DNA from: Bugula neritina
Lineage: Eukaryota; Animalia; Bryozoa
Assembly: GCA_964035545.1 (NCBI GenBank)
Contig: OZ037765.1
Span: 15,996,995 to 16,060,994, forward strand
Length of the DNA stretch: 64,000 nucleotides
Direction: 5' to 3'
The translations under genes were made by a program, and so were the position numbers. Below, piece by piece: positions 39,278-54,200 of the stretch (position 1 is the first letter of the stretch; the number at the start of each line of letters is the position of its first letter). The notes below the pieces were generated by a model, which saw nothing but the letters and a program-made list of their open reading frames with translations, was not told the origin of the DNA and made no database searches.

Positions 39278-42200
39278 ATGAAGTCTCTCGTTCTACTTAC
39301 AGTCTTTGCAATAGGTAATTATTTATATTAATTATTTATATGATACATTTAAAAAGTAGGCAATACATTTGGCAGTATAACTTGTTATTTATTCAGCAAA
39401 TGGAGCATTGCTTGGCACAAACAAGTGTACGACTGGGCCATCTTACTGGTGTGACAGTTTTGAAAATGCTCAGGAGTGTGGAGCTACTCAACACTGCATG
39501 AAAAAAGTCTGGACAGTTCCAACTAAACCCTCACAATTGGTAAATCAACTTGTCACCAATAACTATTAGTTTTATTTTTATCGATTTATCAAAGTTTTTG
39601 AGACACTGTTAACTAAAAAAGCACATGTCTTTTTGCACTCTTCCAGTTCAAATAATATATGTATAGTTTTTGCTAGTGTCTGATTCAGATTTTTTCATTT
39701 TTTTCTGCCTGCTACTGATACTAATAGCTTTTGCAGGCTACAACCAAAGACTCTATCCCATGCACATTTTGTAAGGATGTTGTAAATGATGTGAAAGAGT
39801 TTCTGGAGAATGACCAAAATATTGTAAGTATAGAATCACAATACGATTTAGACTTTAAGAGCTATGGTACTGTTTCATAGAATGTCATTCCGATTCCAAG
39901 TTTACTATTGAACTTGAATGTTGTGTTTTGAAGGAGAAAATTGAGGAATATATGAACAAAGCATGCAGCTTTATGCCAGATGATTATTCCCAACAAAAGG
40001 TAAACCTAGTAATGTACTTTTTTTGTCTTTTTACTTAGAAATAAATTTTAGTATTTGTAATTGATTATTTTCTAGTTTTAATCTCTGAATGGGCAATGCA
40101 TATTGCAGACAAGAAGTTTGACTATTATGTACTCTAGTTATTACGGACTTTTCAGCTGTTTCTAAGTCTTTTTAGTATTGTTTTTTTTTTCATTAGTTTT
40201 TACCAATCTATTCCCACAGATGTATTAATTTAATGGTATTTTTGTGCTCATAATAACTAGTGTGAGGACATCTCTAAGCACTATCTGGACGAATTTCTCA
40301 CTCTTGTAAACCAGACAGTGGACCCACAAGTTATCTGCCAACTTGCTCACCTCTGCCAAGCTTCTTCTGCAGCTCGTGTAGTAAAGCCTAAGGTATTATA
40401 TCAACTGTAAAATTTACTTTATTGTTGAAACAAGGTTTACTTTTGACATTTATGTGAGAACCATACTGGCCTGTACAAACATAATAGGATTTAATAAATT
40501 GAGGTAGGATAATTCAAATTTTTGCTTTAATAAATCATGACAATAGTTTAATTGTTAGGTTTATAAATTTTTAATAGATAGCTTTATTTCATCTCAATTA
40601 TTATTTTATTTTGCCAAATGCAAGGGTTCTAAATTCAATTCAAGCTCCAGGTCTATCTTTCTTTCAAATCTTTTAGCTATTTTAATCTCAAAACTATATT
40701 GTTTGTATTTCTGATTCTATCCTATACCTCTAGTTATGTTTATCTTGCATCTAAACAGTTTTTAAGTACAATTTGGAACTTTAGTTGTTAGATCAGAGTA
40801 GGCCTATTGGTATTCTAGTTGAAACTATTTTCCTAATTTTTCAATGTACTTGCTAATGGGACTCCCAGTGTGTAAATAACTCATACAAATGGTCTTATGA
40901 ATTATATAAGCATTTATGACTATAAAATATTACTTTGCTATACTATAGATTATGTCTACAAACACTACTATATACTGAAAAGTGCATAAAGTGTACAGCA
41001 TAATGAACATATACAGCTGGTATATACAAAACCTTTCACTCACCAATTTCTTTCAATCATCAGTTCCAATTGATGAATTAATCAACTCACATAATACATG
41101 CCATAGAAACATAATCTATATAAGTTCATTGGACTATTCATGGAATCATGTGATTATCAATAACATGAATAACAGCTATTGTTATGACTGTTTGTTTCTA
41201 GAGTCCCTTATATGGTATGCTTGATTTAGTTTGCAGTAATAGAAAATTTAGAATATTATATAAATGTATTACATAGTATCTCACGTTTCTCTTAATAGAT
41301 CACCGAGTCACCTGAATGCACGTTGTGTAAGGATGTTGTGAGTGATGTGAAGAAATTCCTTGCAGATAATTCTACGTGGGCAAGTATTATTCATTATTGA
41401 CTATTAGCTATTTTAATATCTTAGTAGGAAGTTCTATTTATTTTCATCCAGTATTATATTTTTAAGTTAAAAGATAAATTTCCAAGAGAAAATATTAAAT
41501 TAGTCTTTTCTTAAGTTTTTGATTTTTCTATAATTCATTGAGTTAGCATAATTGTGAATGATGCAGGTGTGTAATAGCTAAGATAGTAAGTAACATGGAT
41601 GTCAAAGAAGGAAGTTTGTTGGTTTCCATTTACAGAACACAAATGGCAGCTAGTGGCAGTTGTATTTGTAGTGTTTAATCGAATGTTGATGATTTGTTTG
41701 TACATTGCAGCTAATTTTCAAATTGTTTTCATATTCCATGAATCCTCTATTACTCATACTGAAGATAATTATAGCCTTGTAGTTGAGCCAAAAACTCCCA
41801 AGTTATAGGATTTTTTATGATTATAGCAGATCACCCTTATGGGAGTGACAAGGAAGTTGATAAAATGCTGGCTAAAGTGATGTTGATCATATGATGTGAA
41901 TCAATATCATAGCAATGATTTTAAACTGACCTTTAGTCAATAATAATATTGTTTGGCAGATATTTACTATGCCTGCCTGCAATTCACACTCATTAAATTT
42001 TATTGCACAATTACAATAAGATATTCTCACTATTAACAATTTATAAATATTTTATAACCGGATTGTAAAACACTGTCTACACACTCTCTCACTGTCTTGG
42101 TTACAATGGTAACACACAGCTCTGTAACTGTAATTGCCTTTATCTAAACTTCCTGGCAACCATGTGAGTTATATTGTTATTGTAGTAATTTTATTACTTA

Positions 42201-45200
42201 TGTTACACAGGACACTATTCGAACTTACCTGAAAGATGCTTGCCAATTTATGCCTGATGATTATTCCAAGAGTCAGGTAAATATCAAAGTATTGTAAGTT
42301 GAAATTTCGATCTGTTGGCTTGTAATTACAGTCAATTTTTTTCATTTACTATTTACTATTGGTGTCTGCTTAAGCTAACTGGTAGCCGCCAGTAAAATTT
42401 TAGCAGGTTGTTGAAGCATGTAAGCAGCAATTTGTTTGCTGACTAAAGCTAAAATAAGTATCAAAACTAATATGTACAGCTATTATCCCTCTTACCATTT
42501 TTGAAGCATCAATATTAATAAACCAGAAGGTGATATAATGAACCTATTTTAGATGTTGAATTTTTAATTAAAAACACTCACCTCATTGATGTTTGGTATT
42601 TGTTAGTCAAAGGTAGTTTGTCTGCTGCATCGGCCAAAAGCTTGACTCATAATTTTATGTTGATGAAAATATTGCTTAGGATAGCTAATATCTGATCAAT
42701 CAATATAGTTTATTCTTGTTATTCTTCCATGCCCACTTGCTGCAAATGGAACATTATTGTAATTATTTACCATATTAATATAGTATGTTTAGTGAAAAAT
42801 TATGAACTAGCTAATTTAGTAGTTTATTTCTACTAATTATTTTTTAAATGTTGTATTATTTCAATTTAACATAAGAATAGGTTATAACTGATGTAAAGAC
42901 AATAAATACTGATGAATGTGGGTTGTAGCTTTGAATAGCTACTCTCTAAATCATGTCTCATTCATAGGGTTATAACCTCATGTCTGTAGATGAACAAGAC
43001 TTGTTCTCTCAGCCTAATTTCTAAACAGATAAATGCACCCATTAGGCTATCACAGAAAGGCTTGTTAAAAACTAAACTGTTTTAATTTGTTTACGAAACC
43101 TCAAAAATTGCACATTCAAAGAACAGAACCTAGTTAATGAAAATCAATGTTAAAAAATATACAATCAAAGTTGAAAGCTGTTAAAAGTGTAAAAATTAGT
43201 TTAAATAAATTCCGGAAACTTGAACTTTCGAGGTTATTATAGACATCAAACACTGTTACTATAATATATTAATTTTTGCTCTAATTAAAAACAGTTTTCT
43301 GTTAGGCTGTAGAGTGTAGATTCTTGTAATGTTATAAATCACGAGTTCACCGAGATTGGGGTTAACACTCTGTGCGTAGCTCAAATATTGATTTTACTGA
43401 CAAGCAAATTGTTTAAAATGAAACTGCTACAAATTTTGCATAAGGAGGAAGTTGGGCGACTGACTGACTTTGTATATCATAACTCATGTTTTGTCACAGT
43501 GCAACGATATCGCTGACCATTACCTCAAGGAGTTCATTGATGCTGTAAACTCAATTGGAGACCCAGAAGTTGTATGTGAGAAGTTCAAACTGTGTCAACC
43601 TTCTTTAAAGGTACATTATATATCTAACTAGATGAGCCAACGGGTTGTTTTCATAAAAGTACCGCCCAAGCTATTACACTTTTATTTTTTACTAGGTAAC
43701 CCTTATTTAAATATATCTTTTTATCAATTCTTGATGAATCAAACAAATTGACTGATGAGCGGAATCAGTCAATACTTGATGAACGTTGTTCCATCCTAAA
43801 TTATAAAATTTTGTTCTGGAAACATTATTGTGCCATATTTTGTAGTACTTTTTTTGTTAATTTAAAATAATTGTAATGCTGCAAACAATTTTTTCCAAGT
43901 ATATTTTTGCTTATTATCTACTTAATTTTTCATCTACTTTCTAAAACTAAATTCTTCTTGTAAATCTCTAGACTCTTTTTACCCAACATGTAAAGGAGTC
44001 TGGAACCAATGACCTCTGTGCTGACTGTAAAACTGCTGTTGCTGATGCCAAGAAAATGATTGAAGATAAAGACACCCAGGTGAAATATCATTTATGTACC
44101 CTTATGGTCAAGCTCAAACTTTATGCTTAATTCCCTATTGCTGTTTCTTTTGTCTACCCATTGTCTAAATAGTTTTTTTTCAAAAATGGATATACAATAG
44201 TTTAAATCACATTGTTCCAGTTTTGTGAGCTTGGCATTAAGTATAATTACTTTGTATGGTTGTTTAGTTAGCAAATTTCACACCTTACAGGCTGAGTTGA
44301 AAGCTGATATGGTAGAGCTGTGTGAGAAGTTTGGAGGACAGTATACCATGGAGTGTAAGCTGCTTGTTGATACTATGTTTGATAAGATGATAGCTGCAAT
44401 TGATGCTCAACTCACTGACCAACTCTGTGAAGATATGAAACTGTGTACTTCTCTCAAGTTGAAACTCGATCCTGTCAGATTTGTGAAAGCTGTCTTTACA
44501 AAGATGGTAAAGAGTAACGCACAGAAGAACCGAGTATCAAAGGTACAGCTGATGTGTCTTATACAAATATTACCTTTGCTTTTCAAGAGTGCATGTGGCC
44601 TGTTGTTTAATGACGGAGCTCTGGATTATTTGTACATTTCTATTTGACTGAAGGTTGCAGCTGGAGTGAAAGCAGATGCCTGTACTATTTGTGAGGAAGC
44701 TGTGAACTACCTTAAGTTGTTTGTCAACAACAATGCAACTGAACAGGAAGTACAGGATATGCTGGAGAATGAGGTGTGCTCACAGCTAGGTGAACTCTCC
44801 AGTATGGTAAGCCTATATCATTTGTTAATAACATTTATTTCAATAGTTTTTCTGATACAATTCACAGCTGCACATGTGTATTTAATATATGTTTATATGT
44901 ACATTTTCGCCAATAGGAAAGTTTACATTTTTAAGGTCATAAACATTTTTTGAAGTGTTTCAGTTTTTTTTTTAATAAAATAATTAGTCCAGTGTGTGTA
45001 TAGTGAAACAGTTACTAGGTTAAATAAGCAGGATTAGCGATTGGCGTTCTAAAGTATACCTGAACTTTTTCAAGATAAAAAGCAGCCTATAAGTATTGTA
45101 ATTTAATTGTTTTAGCCATTTTTACAATAGTTGGTAACAATATTGTGCAAATACCTGCTAGCATAGGCCTAACTATTCTATTTATCCAACAGTGCTAGTA

Positions 45201-48200
45201 ATACAGTCTTTGCCTGTTTATGTAAGTGGTCTACTTAAACTATTTTACAAGGTTTATCTCCATCAACATATAATATGCAGATAGCATTGCTGTTTATTTG
45301 AACCATTCAGGTACAACTCAACTGTGAATATACTTAGCTTTTTTGATATCCATGATCATAGCCAATGTCATAGTCAAAACAGGGATGGTGCAACAAATTC
45401 ATTTTAATATACCCTTTTCAGAGGTCCCTGATATCCCCTTCACAATTGAGTTGTGGTTTCCCAAAGGGAATAGGTGGAACCTTCATATAAAGAGCAAACT
45501 CATTAAAAGTTTAAAGTTTGGCTGCCACTTAGAATTCTCATTATGCTATAGAATCGTTATATTAAGAGATAGATATTTTGGTATAACATATTAGCAGTTC
45601 AAAAAAAATTTTTAAAATATTTCTTTATGGATAACTTTGACAGAAATAATTTTGAAAGAATTTATGTGGTTTTGGTTACTGAGCAATGCTATGGTGGCAC
45701 TTCAGCATTGCTCAGCAACCAAAACTACAAAAATGAGTTCAAGCCTACTTTGCTCAACAAATTTTATTTTGGGAGACCACAACTCTTAATTGTAAGGGGT
45801 ACATTGGGAACCTTTGAAAAAGGTCTATTCTAAAAGCATTCTCTCATTATTTATTATGTTTTTAAATTTTATCCTAGAAATTCAACCTGTATTTTAAAGT
45901 GAACTATTTTGGAAATGTTCACATATATTCTATTAAAAATGGGAAGTTTGGTTCTTCAAAGTAAGATAAGATGTAAAGATTTATGGTGGGGGAGAGTTCT
46001 ATTTTGCATCTGTTTTTTTAGTACAATAAGCTTTTGAGTTTTATTGAGTTTATGCAAGTTTTACTAACCGTTGCTAGAACAATAAGAAAGTGCATTTACT
46101 TAAATCAAAAACAGTTCCCTACTATTATAATGATGAATTTTAAGTAAATTAAATTCTTTTGTGACTGAAATTAATCGTAGCTATTGAATTTTTAGTTCTT
46201 ATTTTATTAGAATCATCTATTTAATAGAATGCTGGTGCATTAACTTAAAATAATTCTATTTAAACTTAATGTTTTCTTATGATTTTGAATATGTAAGTGA
46301 AGGACAAATGTTTTTGTAATCTAATACATAATATATCAATTAGAAGCAGTTTGACATCTGAAGTGGAAGGAACAATTCTATGGTGCAGCATAAGACTCTT
46401 AAACACAGCTATCAAAAATCTGCAATGAAAAACGTGCTACTAATGTCTTTAATGCATGCAACACCAAAGCATTTTAGGTTATGGTTGCTGGAGGCACTAT
46501 CTGCTAGTACATTAATAGTTCTTGGACTTTGTATGGAACACCCATCTTGTTAATATAGTTACAATACTCTTAACATTTTAGTGTAAAGAAGCTGTGGAGC
46601 AGTATTTCCCACAACTGTGGGCTGAGCTTATTGAACTACTGGTGAGTTGTATTCTGTTGCTAACCGGCACTGTGCCATCATTTACACTCGTGTTTCTTAC
46701 TTCGACCTTTAACCCAGTGACTCTGAAATTCTTAAATCTCTCTAAACAATGCTCCTTATCACAGAATAATGATGTGTGGCAGTCATGTGACATGCATATG
46801 CATTCTTCTTAATCAGTATATCAGGTGTCACATTTGACATGGGTTCAATGTGCAGTGTAGAAAACTCATTCGAATTGCCTTGCAAATTTTTCGTTAAATA
46901 TAGTAATATTGAAACTAAAAGAATTTAACAAGCATGTATGTTTTCCCATAATGCTTCCAAAACTGATTTATTTAGAAATTATTAAAAGTTTGGGGTATCT
47001 GTGAAACTATTAATTTTATGAAATTAAGGTGATGTTCTGTAACGACTGAAAACTGCTAGGGAGATCTAAAAGTGGTAAACCCTGGATTTTGCACATATTT
47101 TACAAGTCCAATGAGAGGACACGAGTTTCATGGATAATTTATTATAGCTGGCGTGGAGTTAATTTTATTATGCAACTGTGTTGATAATATTATAATGTAA
47201 TATAAAAAATTTTAAGATTTCAAAATCTGTAGTGATGCAGATAATTGTAAAAGCACTCGCATACTAAAATAAATTTATCATGTCATGAACTATTGTAATA
47301 TTACTTGTATGATATTATGTCCTTCTATCCATTTAGAAAGATTCTTATCAATAATATATGTATATTGCCGAATATTATAAATCTTTATTATAATAGATAT
47401 GAGTTGTTTGGGAATGTATTTCTTACTGTGGCTCAATTGAAGTTAGCAATATGCAACACTGTTATTACCCATGTGACTTTTTATAATTCTGCTTTATGTA
47501 AACTTCGATTTCATCAGCTGTTATTTTTTTAAGGATCCAAAGACTCTTTGCACAGATCTGCATCTTTGCTCTGCCAACACACTCGTGGCCATAGAGGTAC
47601 AAACTAGTGATATTCATTTAAATTTTAATCTGTCAACAACTGCATGCTGCTTCCATTATGTGATTTGTTCAACGTGTTCAACAATTTACCTTTTGCAAAT
47701 CTAAACTGTCCTATAGCTATCATTTCTTATATTGTGAGTACATTATGTTTTAGTTGGAGCCTTCCCTTGTGAAAATGCCAGAAGGTTCTGGAACCAATGA
47801 CCTCTGTGATGATTGTAAAACTGCTGTTGCTGATGCCAAGAAAATGATTGAAGATAAAGACACCCAGGTGTGTTTCTTACCTCCCAAGTGCTTTTCTAGA
47901 GGGTTGCTAACATAGACCCATAATGCTGCAGATTTAGTTTGAGAAAGGTGTACTTATGTCTGTGTGGACTTATGGTATATTTTCAATAAGCTTTACAGCG
48001 GTGCAGTATGCAGCTCACCTCAGCTACAGTGGATGTTATGTTAACACTGATTATGCAAAAAATGTTATTTTCAGGAAATAGCAACTGTTGACAATGCATA
48101 TCCCCCAAACTACCACATAAGTTACGTTTCAATTTACACAATTTCCATGAATAACTCACGACCAGAACTGGATAAAAGTATTGTTTATTCAAATCTGGTT

Positions 48201-51200
48201 CATGCAAACAAGTTCAAGGTTAATTCGAGCAATGATTTGGATTGACTCATTTAATTTGAATTTTGGCTGGCAACTTTTTGATTTATTCAAAATTATTTTG
48301 TTTTATTAACATTGATTTACACACAAAATAGAAATTGGTAGATATTGAAGACTTAATTATAAACAAGGTCAAGTTTGGTTTCAACTATGTTAAACTTAAT
48401 AGTTATTATCTGTGAATATCTAAATTGAAAGAACAGTTATGTTTATAAATTCTAAAAGCCATCTAATCTGTCAGCCATCAATTCTAGAAAATAGTCATTT
48501 ACATTATATATAATATTATATTAACTTGATCAAGCACATGTAGGTTAGTTCAATTTGACTTGAGTTAGCTGGGTTTATTGATTGAACCGTGATTTCGCCT
48601 GACTTGTTTAGCCACTGACTAGATTTGTTGTGACTTTGATATTTGATAAAGCAAAAGAACATAAAAGAAGAAATTGCATTAAATTAAAGTTAAAGGATTG
48701 CTCAATCTTAGTTTATTACAATCACATTATAATTCTGAACTATAATCTAATGTGTATGCAAACAATTGTGACTTTGCAAAGGGATATGTGCCTAGAAAAC
48801 AGCTTTTTAAAATTCCAATTTTGAGGGAGGTAAAATTTTCAGCCATGAAAAAGAATAGCCTAATACGTGACGTGGGAACGCCAGTAACTATGCTGCACGT
48901 GCTAACTATAACGCTAGTATTCAAGGTTGCTGAGCACAACATTAACCAATAACGCTCAAGCTGTTACAGCGCGCTATATAGGTCAGCTTTGGTGTGCCCG
49001 TAATATTGCACAATCTGACCCAGTTTAGATCGATCGCAGGCATTCATCCTAAAGAATGCATGTTTTTGCAATGCTTTTTTTAATGTTTACAAGCAAAATA
49101 TGGCCTAATGTTATCACATACATGTTATTTAAAATGTCAAAAAACTATAGATTGAGATAATTCACATTTGCACTTCTATAAATATACAAATTACTAGCTG
49201 AAAGATCACATCTCACAGTCATATTTCTATAGTTATTCATTTGTATAGTCACGTGATCAGCAGGAATGCTGGCGCTGTTACGTCACATTTCCCAGCTCAT
49301 TTCAAAATCGGCGTTTTGGCTGTTACCAATCTACACCCTCAACTTCAACTAACTTTTTCTACCTTTGGTCAAATGCTTTTTGTCAATGCATGCTTAGAAA
49401 AACAGAATATTATGTGTGTTTGACCTAAATGGCCATTTATTAGACAAGATAGAGCAATCCTTTAAGTAAATTAAGGTAAAATATAAAATACAATTGTTGA
49501 ATTATATGCAAGTATGCTGATGATCACAAATATACATTATAATCATTGCACCATGATTATAATTACTAATGAATTATTTCATTTAATCCAAGTTCAAAAA
49601 TTACTAAAACTGGATTGTAAGTTTGCTGAATGTCTCGACTGTTTTCTTGGTTAGGTTGTGATGTAATAAATAATCAGGGATCTTTTTCTGTGTATTTTAA
49701 TAATACATATATTATATGTAAATAAAGCAAGTGTTGCTTCAAATTATTGAATAATACCTAACCAGTTAACCAAGTCTGCATTGTCAATTGTGGACATTAA
49801 CTAACATATATTTACTCATAGCTCCATAGCTGGTTATTCTGGCCTATTCCAGACTTTTTATTCATCAAAATCAGCTAGTTGTTGTACACATACATGTATA
49901 TACACATTTTTAATCTGTTGCTTTTTATCAATTTTTTCTAATGTAAAGACTTTACAACATAGTAATGATAATTATAATAATCAAAACTACTTAAATGTCT
50001 ACTATAATTCCTACAGTTTATGCTAAAGATCTATTTACTTTTGCAGGCTGAGTTGAAAGCTGATATGGTAGAGCTGTGTGAGAAGTTTGGAGGACAGTAT
50101 ACCATGGAGTGTAAGCTGCTTGTTGATACTATGTTTGATAAGATGATAGCTGCAATTGATGCTCAACTCACTGACCAACTCTGTGAAGATATGAAACTGT
50201 GTACTTCTCTCAAGCTGAAACTCGATCCTGTCAGATTTGTGAAAGCTGTCTTTACAAAGATGGTAAAGAGTAACGCACAGAAGAACCGAGTATCAAAGGT
50301 ACAGCTGATGTGTCTTATACAAATATTACCTTTACTTTTCAAGAGTGCATGTGGCCTGTTGTTTAATGATGGAGCTCTGGATTATTTGTACATTTCTATT
50401 TGACTGAAGGTTGCAGCTGGAGTGAAAGCAGATGCCTGTACTATGTGTGAGGAAGCTGTGAACTACCTCAAGTTGTTTGTCAACAACAATGCAACTGAAC
50501 AGGAAGTACAGGATATGCTGGAGAATGAGGTGTGCTCACAGCTAGGTGAACTCTCCAGTATGGTAAGCCTATATTATTTGTTAATAACCCTAAAATCTTT
50601 TGTTTTCTGATGTTATGCTATACAATTTACAATAGAAATGTGAATATCCATAGGAGGGTGTGAGTACAAGACTATATGTTTGCTTTTTGTATACATCTGT
50701 TGGTAATTAATAGTGGAGTCTGTCTTTATAAGGCCAATAAAATTTTCTTCAATGTATTTATTTTTTATTTTTGGAGCAAAGCAAGTTCTACTCTTGAGTT
50801 TTTAGAATTTAGGCAACATTTTGAAAAGTAGAGTTCTTATGATTTACTGTGGTACAGTGCAGATTTTAAAGAATATTTTTTATTTTCATTTACATTATTT
50901 GTTTTAGTGTAAAGTTGCAGTTGAACAATATTTTCCTCAGCTGTGGTCAGAGTTCATTGAAAAACTGGTGAGTTAAGCTGTTGAGAGTTCAAATATCTAA
51001 CTTGTTCCAGTAAATGCACATTTTACTCGATGTCCTGTGGACTATTCATAGCTGATATATTTTATTTTTAATTAAGTGATGCACCCCCCCCCCAACAATT
51101 ATGTTGTTTAGTTGACCCTGACCCTGACCATGTCTTGACTAATTGTTGTTGCTATAGCGCTGTTATATTTTCAATATTTATTGGTCAAAATATACTTCCA

Positions 51201-54200
51201 AAGCCAAATGTGTCCTGTTTCACAAGTTTTATTGTTACAACTTTAGAGGCTTAGCTGACATTTTGATTATTTGCAATATTTTTGTAATGCTGTTTGCTTG
51301 AAATCAATTTCAAGTTAAAAAGTTTTGATAAAATCTAGTATATTTTGACATTTCCCTTGAGAATCTTTTTGTATGACCTCCTGACTTGAGTCTCTTGCAG
51401 TTATTTCATGTGAATCGGTATTTCTTTAGGATCCAAAAACACTGTGCGCTGATCTGGGCCTTTGCAAAAGTGTTACTGACAAAGTTAAAGTGCGAGCCTC
51501 AGTAGAATGTGTTGTTTGTGAGTTCGTTATGGGGAAATTAGAAGGTTTACTTGATGATAATGCAACAGAGGTGAGATAATCTATGTTAGTATGTCTTCAG
51601 CTGGTCAAAGGCATAAAAACTGCTAATTTTCAATGTTGTGAAATTGGTTAATGTTTTTGAAAGGGTATATCCGCTACTTATAAAGTGCCTTAAGCCTGTA
51701 CGAAAATGTTTTTATCCTTAACTTAAAATGTATTCACCTGAACCATGTTGTAAATGTGCAGCCTCAAAATATTGATTGGTTCTAGGCTGAAATAATAGCA
51801 GCTGTAGAGAAAGTCTGCTCCATTCTCCCCTCTTCCGTTAAACAAGAGTGTGATGATCTGATTGAGGAGTATGGTACTGCCATCATCCACCTACTAGTTG
51901 ATGATTTGGCACCATCAGCCATCTGCTCCTTCATTGGCCTCTGTTCTTCTGGTGACAGTCAGTGTAAGTATTTGTATTACATCTGTTTATCACAGAAACA
52001 CTGTGCTGTAGCTGCTTAGTGTTTTATTATTTAAAATTATGACCAAAAAATTGTGAAAAAATGAGTGCAAAACTTTTACTACTACAACTTTAGCTATTGC
52101 AAATTTGATGCTGCAATATTGTTTCAAGTTGAAGCTGAAGCACAATTTGTAAATTTCCTGCAATGTTGCTAATTTTGTATGCATTACTAAATGTACTTTT
52201 TTTGCTGCAAGAGCTTTAAAATGTTTAAATTTTAAGTTTTATGCAGGCATTGAAAAACTAACGCCTGTTTTATGCCAGTACACTAACAATTGCTATCCTC
52301 TTCTCTTTTCAACCCAATTTCTAAAGTGCAGCTTTTTTACTGAAGCAGGCTGTAGAAAAAATATTTGTAATGAGTATTAAAATTTATGTTGTAATTTGTT
52401 TGGTTTTGGTTTTTTCTTGCATTTTACTGAATAATGGTTGCTCAATTTTCAATTACTGTAGTGCAACTAATGATCAGTTCAATAAACCGGTAAACTGAGC
52501 AAATACCCATTCCAACAAAGTTATCATACTTTGTTTTTTGAGTCTAGGATCTAATCTATTATTAAATAAAGATGTCTAGTTTTAAATTGTCTACTGGCTA
52601 GCAAAATCATAGCATGTGAATGTCTTTAGTAAGCTATTTTATCAGCCATAGTACATCAGTTTGACTTGTTGCATTCAGTCTAGGCAGTTGTGAATGCTGT
52701 TAGGAAAAACCTTTATTGAAAAAATGGCCACTTAAAGTTCACCTGGATTTTAGCAATAACATATCTACATTAGTTGTTTTCGAAGTGTGATAATGCCTTA
52801 AGAAGGGAAGTTTTACAGAAGCAAATCTTTAAATGAATTTTTTTTTAAATAATGTAAATTGATTTTTTTTTATTATCAGATATGAAAGCAATTCCTAAGC
52901 TTGGTGATGAGGCATGTACAATGTGCAAACTTGCCATGTCGTATGTCAAATCCTTCATCACTGAAGATTCTACTGAACAAGACATCATGAATGCCCTCGA
53001 CAAAGTTTGCAACTTTCTCTCGGGAGATATGGCTCAAGAGGTATTCATTGCATATGTAAAATGTACACTAGGGCAGAGTAAAAGCATGAGACAATGTAAC
53101 GCTGATACGCTGATGTGGGGTGGTAAACCAAAGGTTAACGCGGAAATAATAAAATTCGAAGTTGTCCCCTTGCTTTTAGCATTTGAAGGTTTTTTTATTG
53201 GATAAAATAAATTTTCGCAGACGTTTAATGGCAGCTTCAGTGCTAAAGTTTTTCTAAAAATTATTACCTAAGCTTTTAGGGTTTTTTTTGGTTCAAAATG
53301 GTAGTTGACTGTGAAAATCATGCGCCATCTCTTTTTAAAAATGATTCCCTTAATATTATGAAGCTTTCGATTTTTGTTTTTTTTTTCTATTTATGAAGAT
53401 TGTCAGGAGTAGCTAATCTTTGCTTACACTGGCATTTGTTGCAAAAGTATATTTAATAGATATTCCAAGAACTTAATTTTTCAAAATGAAAATATTTGTA
53501 GTTCTATATGCACAAGGAACTTTAATTAAAAGGCAACATTCTTATACAAAACTAATGTTGGTGAATTTATAAATAATTTCATCAACATCCCATGTTATGC
53601 TGTAGGGAGTCACATTCAACACTAATCATTAATGGTCTTACTATGTATGTTTAGCAAATTACATATATCACATGCATGCATGTTTCTACAAGTTTGTGTT
53701 CATATAATGCTAATTGGTTTCAAGTTGCCTTTGAATATTTTGAATAAATGAATATATTTTTGTTTAGTTTCTAAAACTTGTATACATGCTGTATAATACC
53801 TGCATTCGCCACACTATCATATTACATTAGAGCTCTATAATTGTTGTGTTGTTAACAGTGTAATACTATGGTAAAGGAATATGCTCCTATGTTGGTGAAG
53901 ATGCTGGCTGATGAGATTGATAGTCAGAAGATCTGTGAGGCAAGTTCACATAATTAACTCTATTTTAGTAGGCTGGATCTATTCAAATTTTGTAGACGTT
54001 TTCAATGTCTCCCCCTGATACTCAATTGTTAGTAAATATTTGTGTCTACACTATGTAATTGGAATCCTTTATACACTAATCTGAAATACTAATAAGGAAA
54101 ACAATTCTTTAGCATAATTTAAATTTTGAAAGACTAACAAGTGAACTAATAAATGTTCACTGGGCTGATAACTATTAAAGTATGTCCGATATTTATACAA

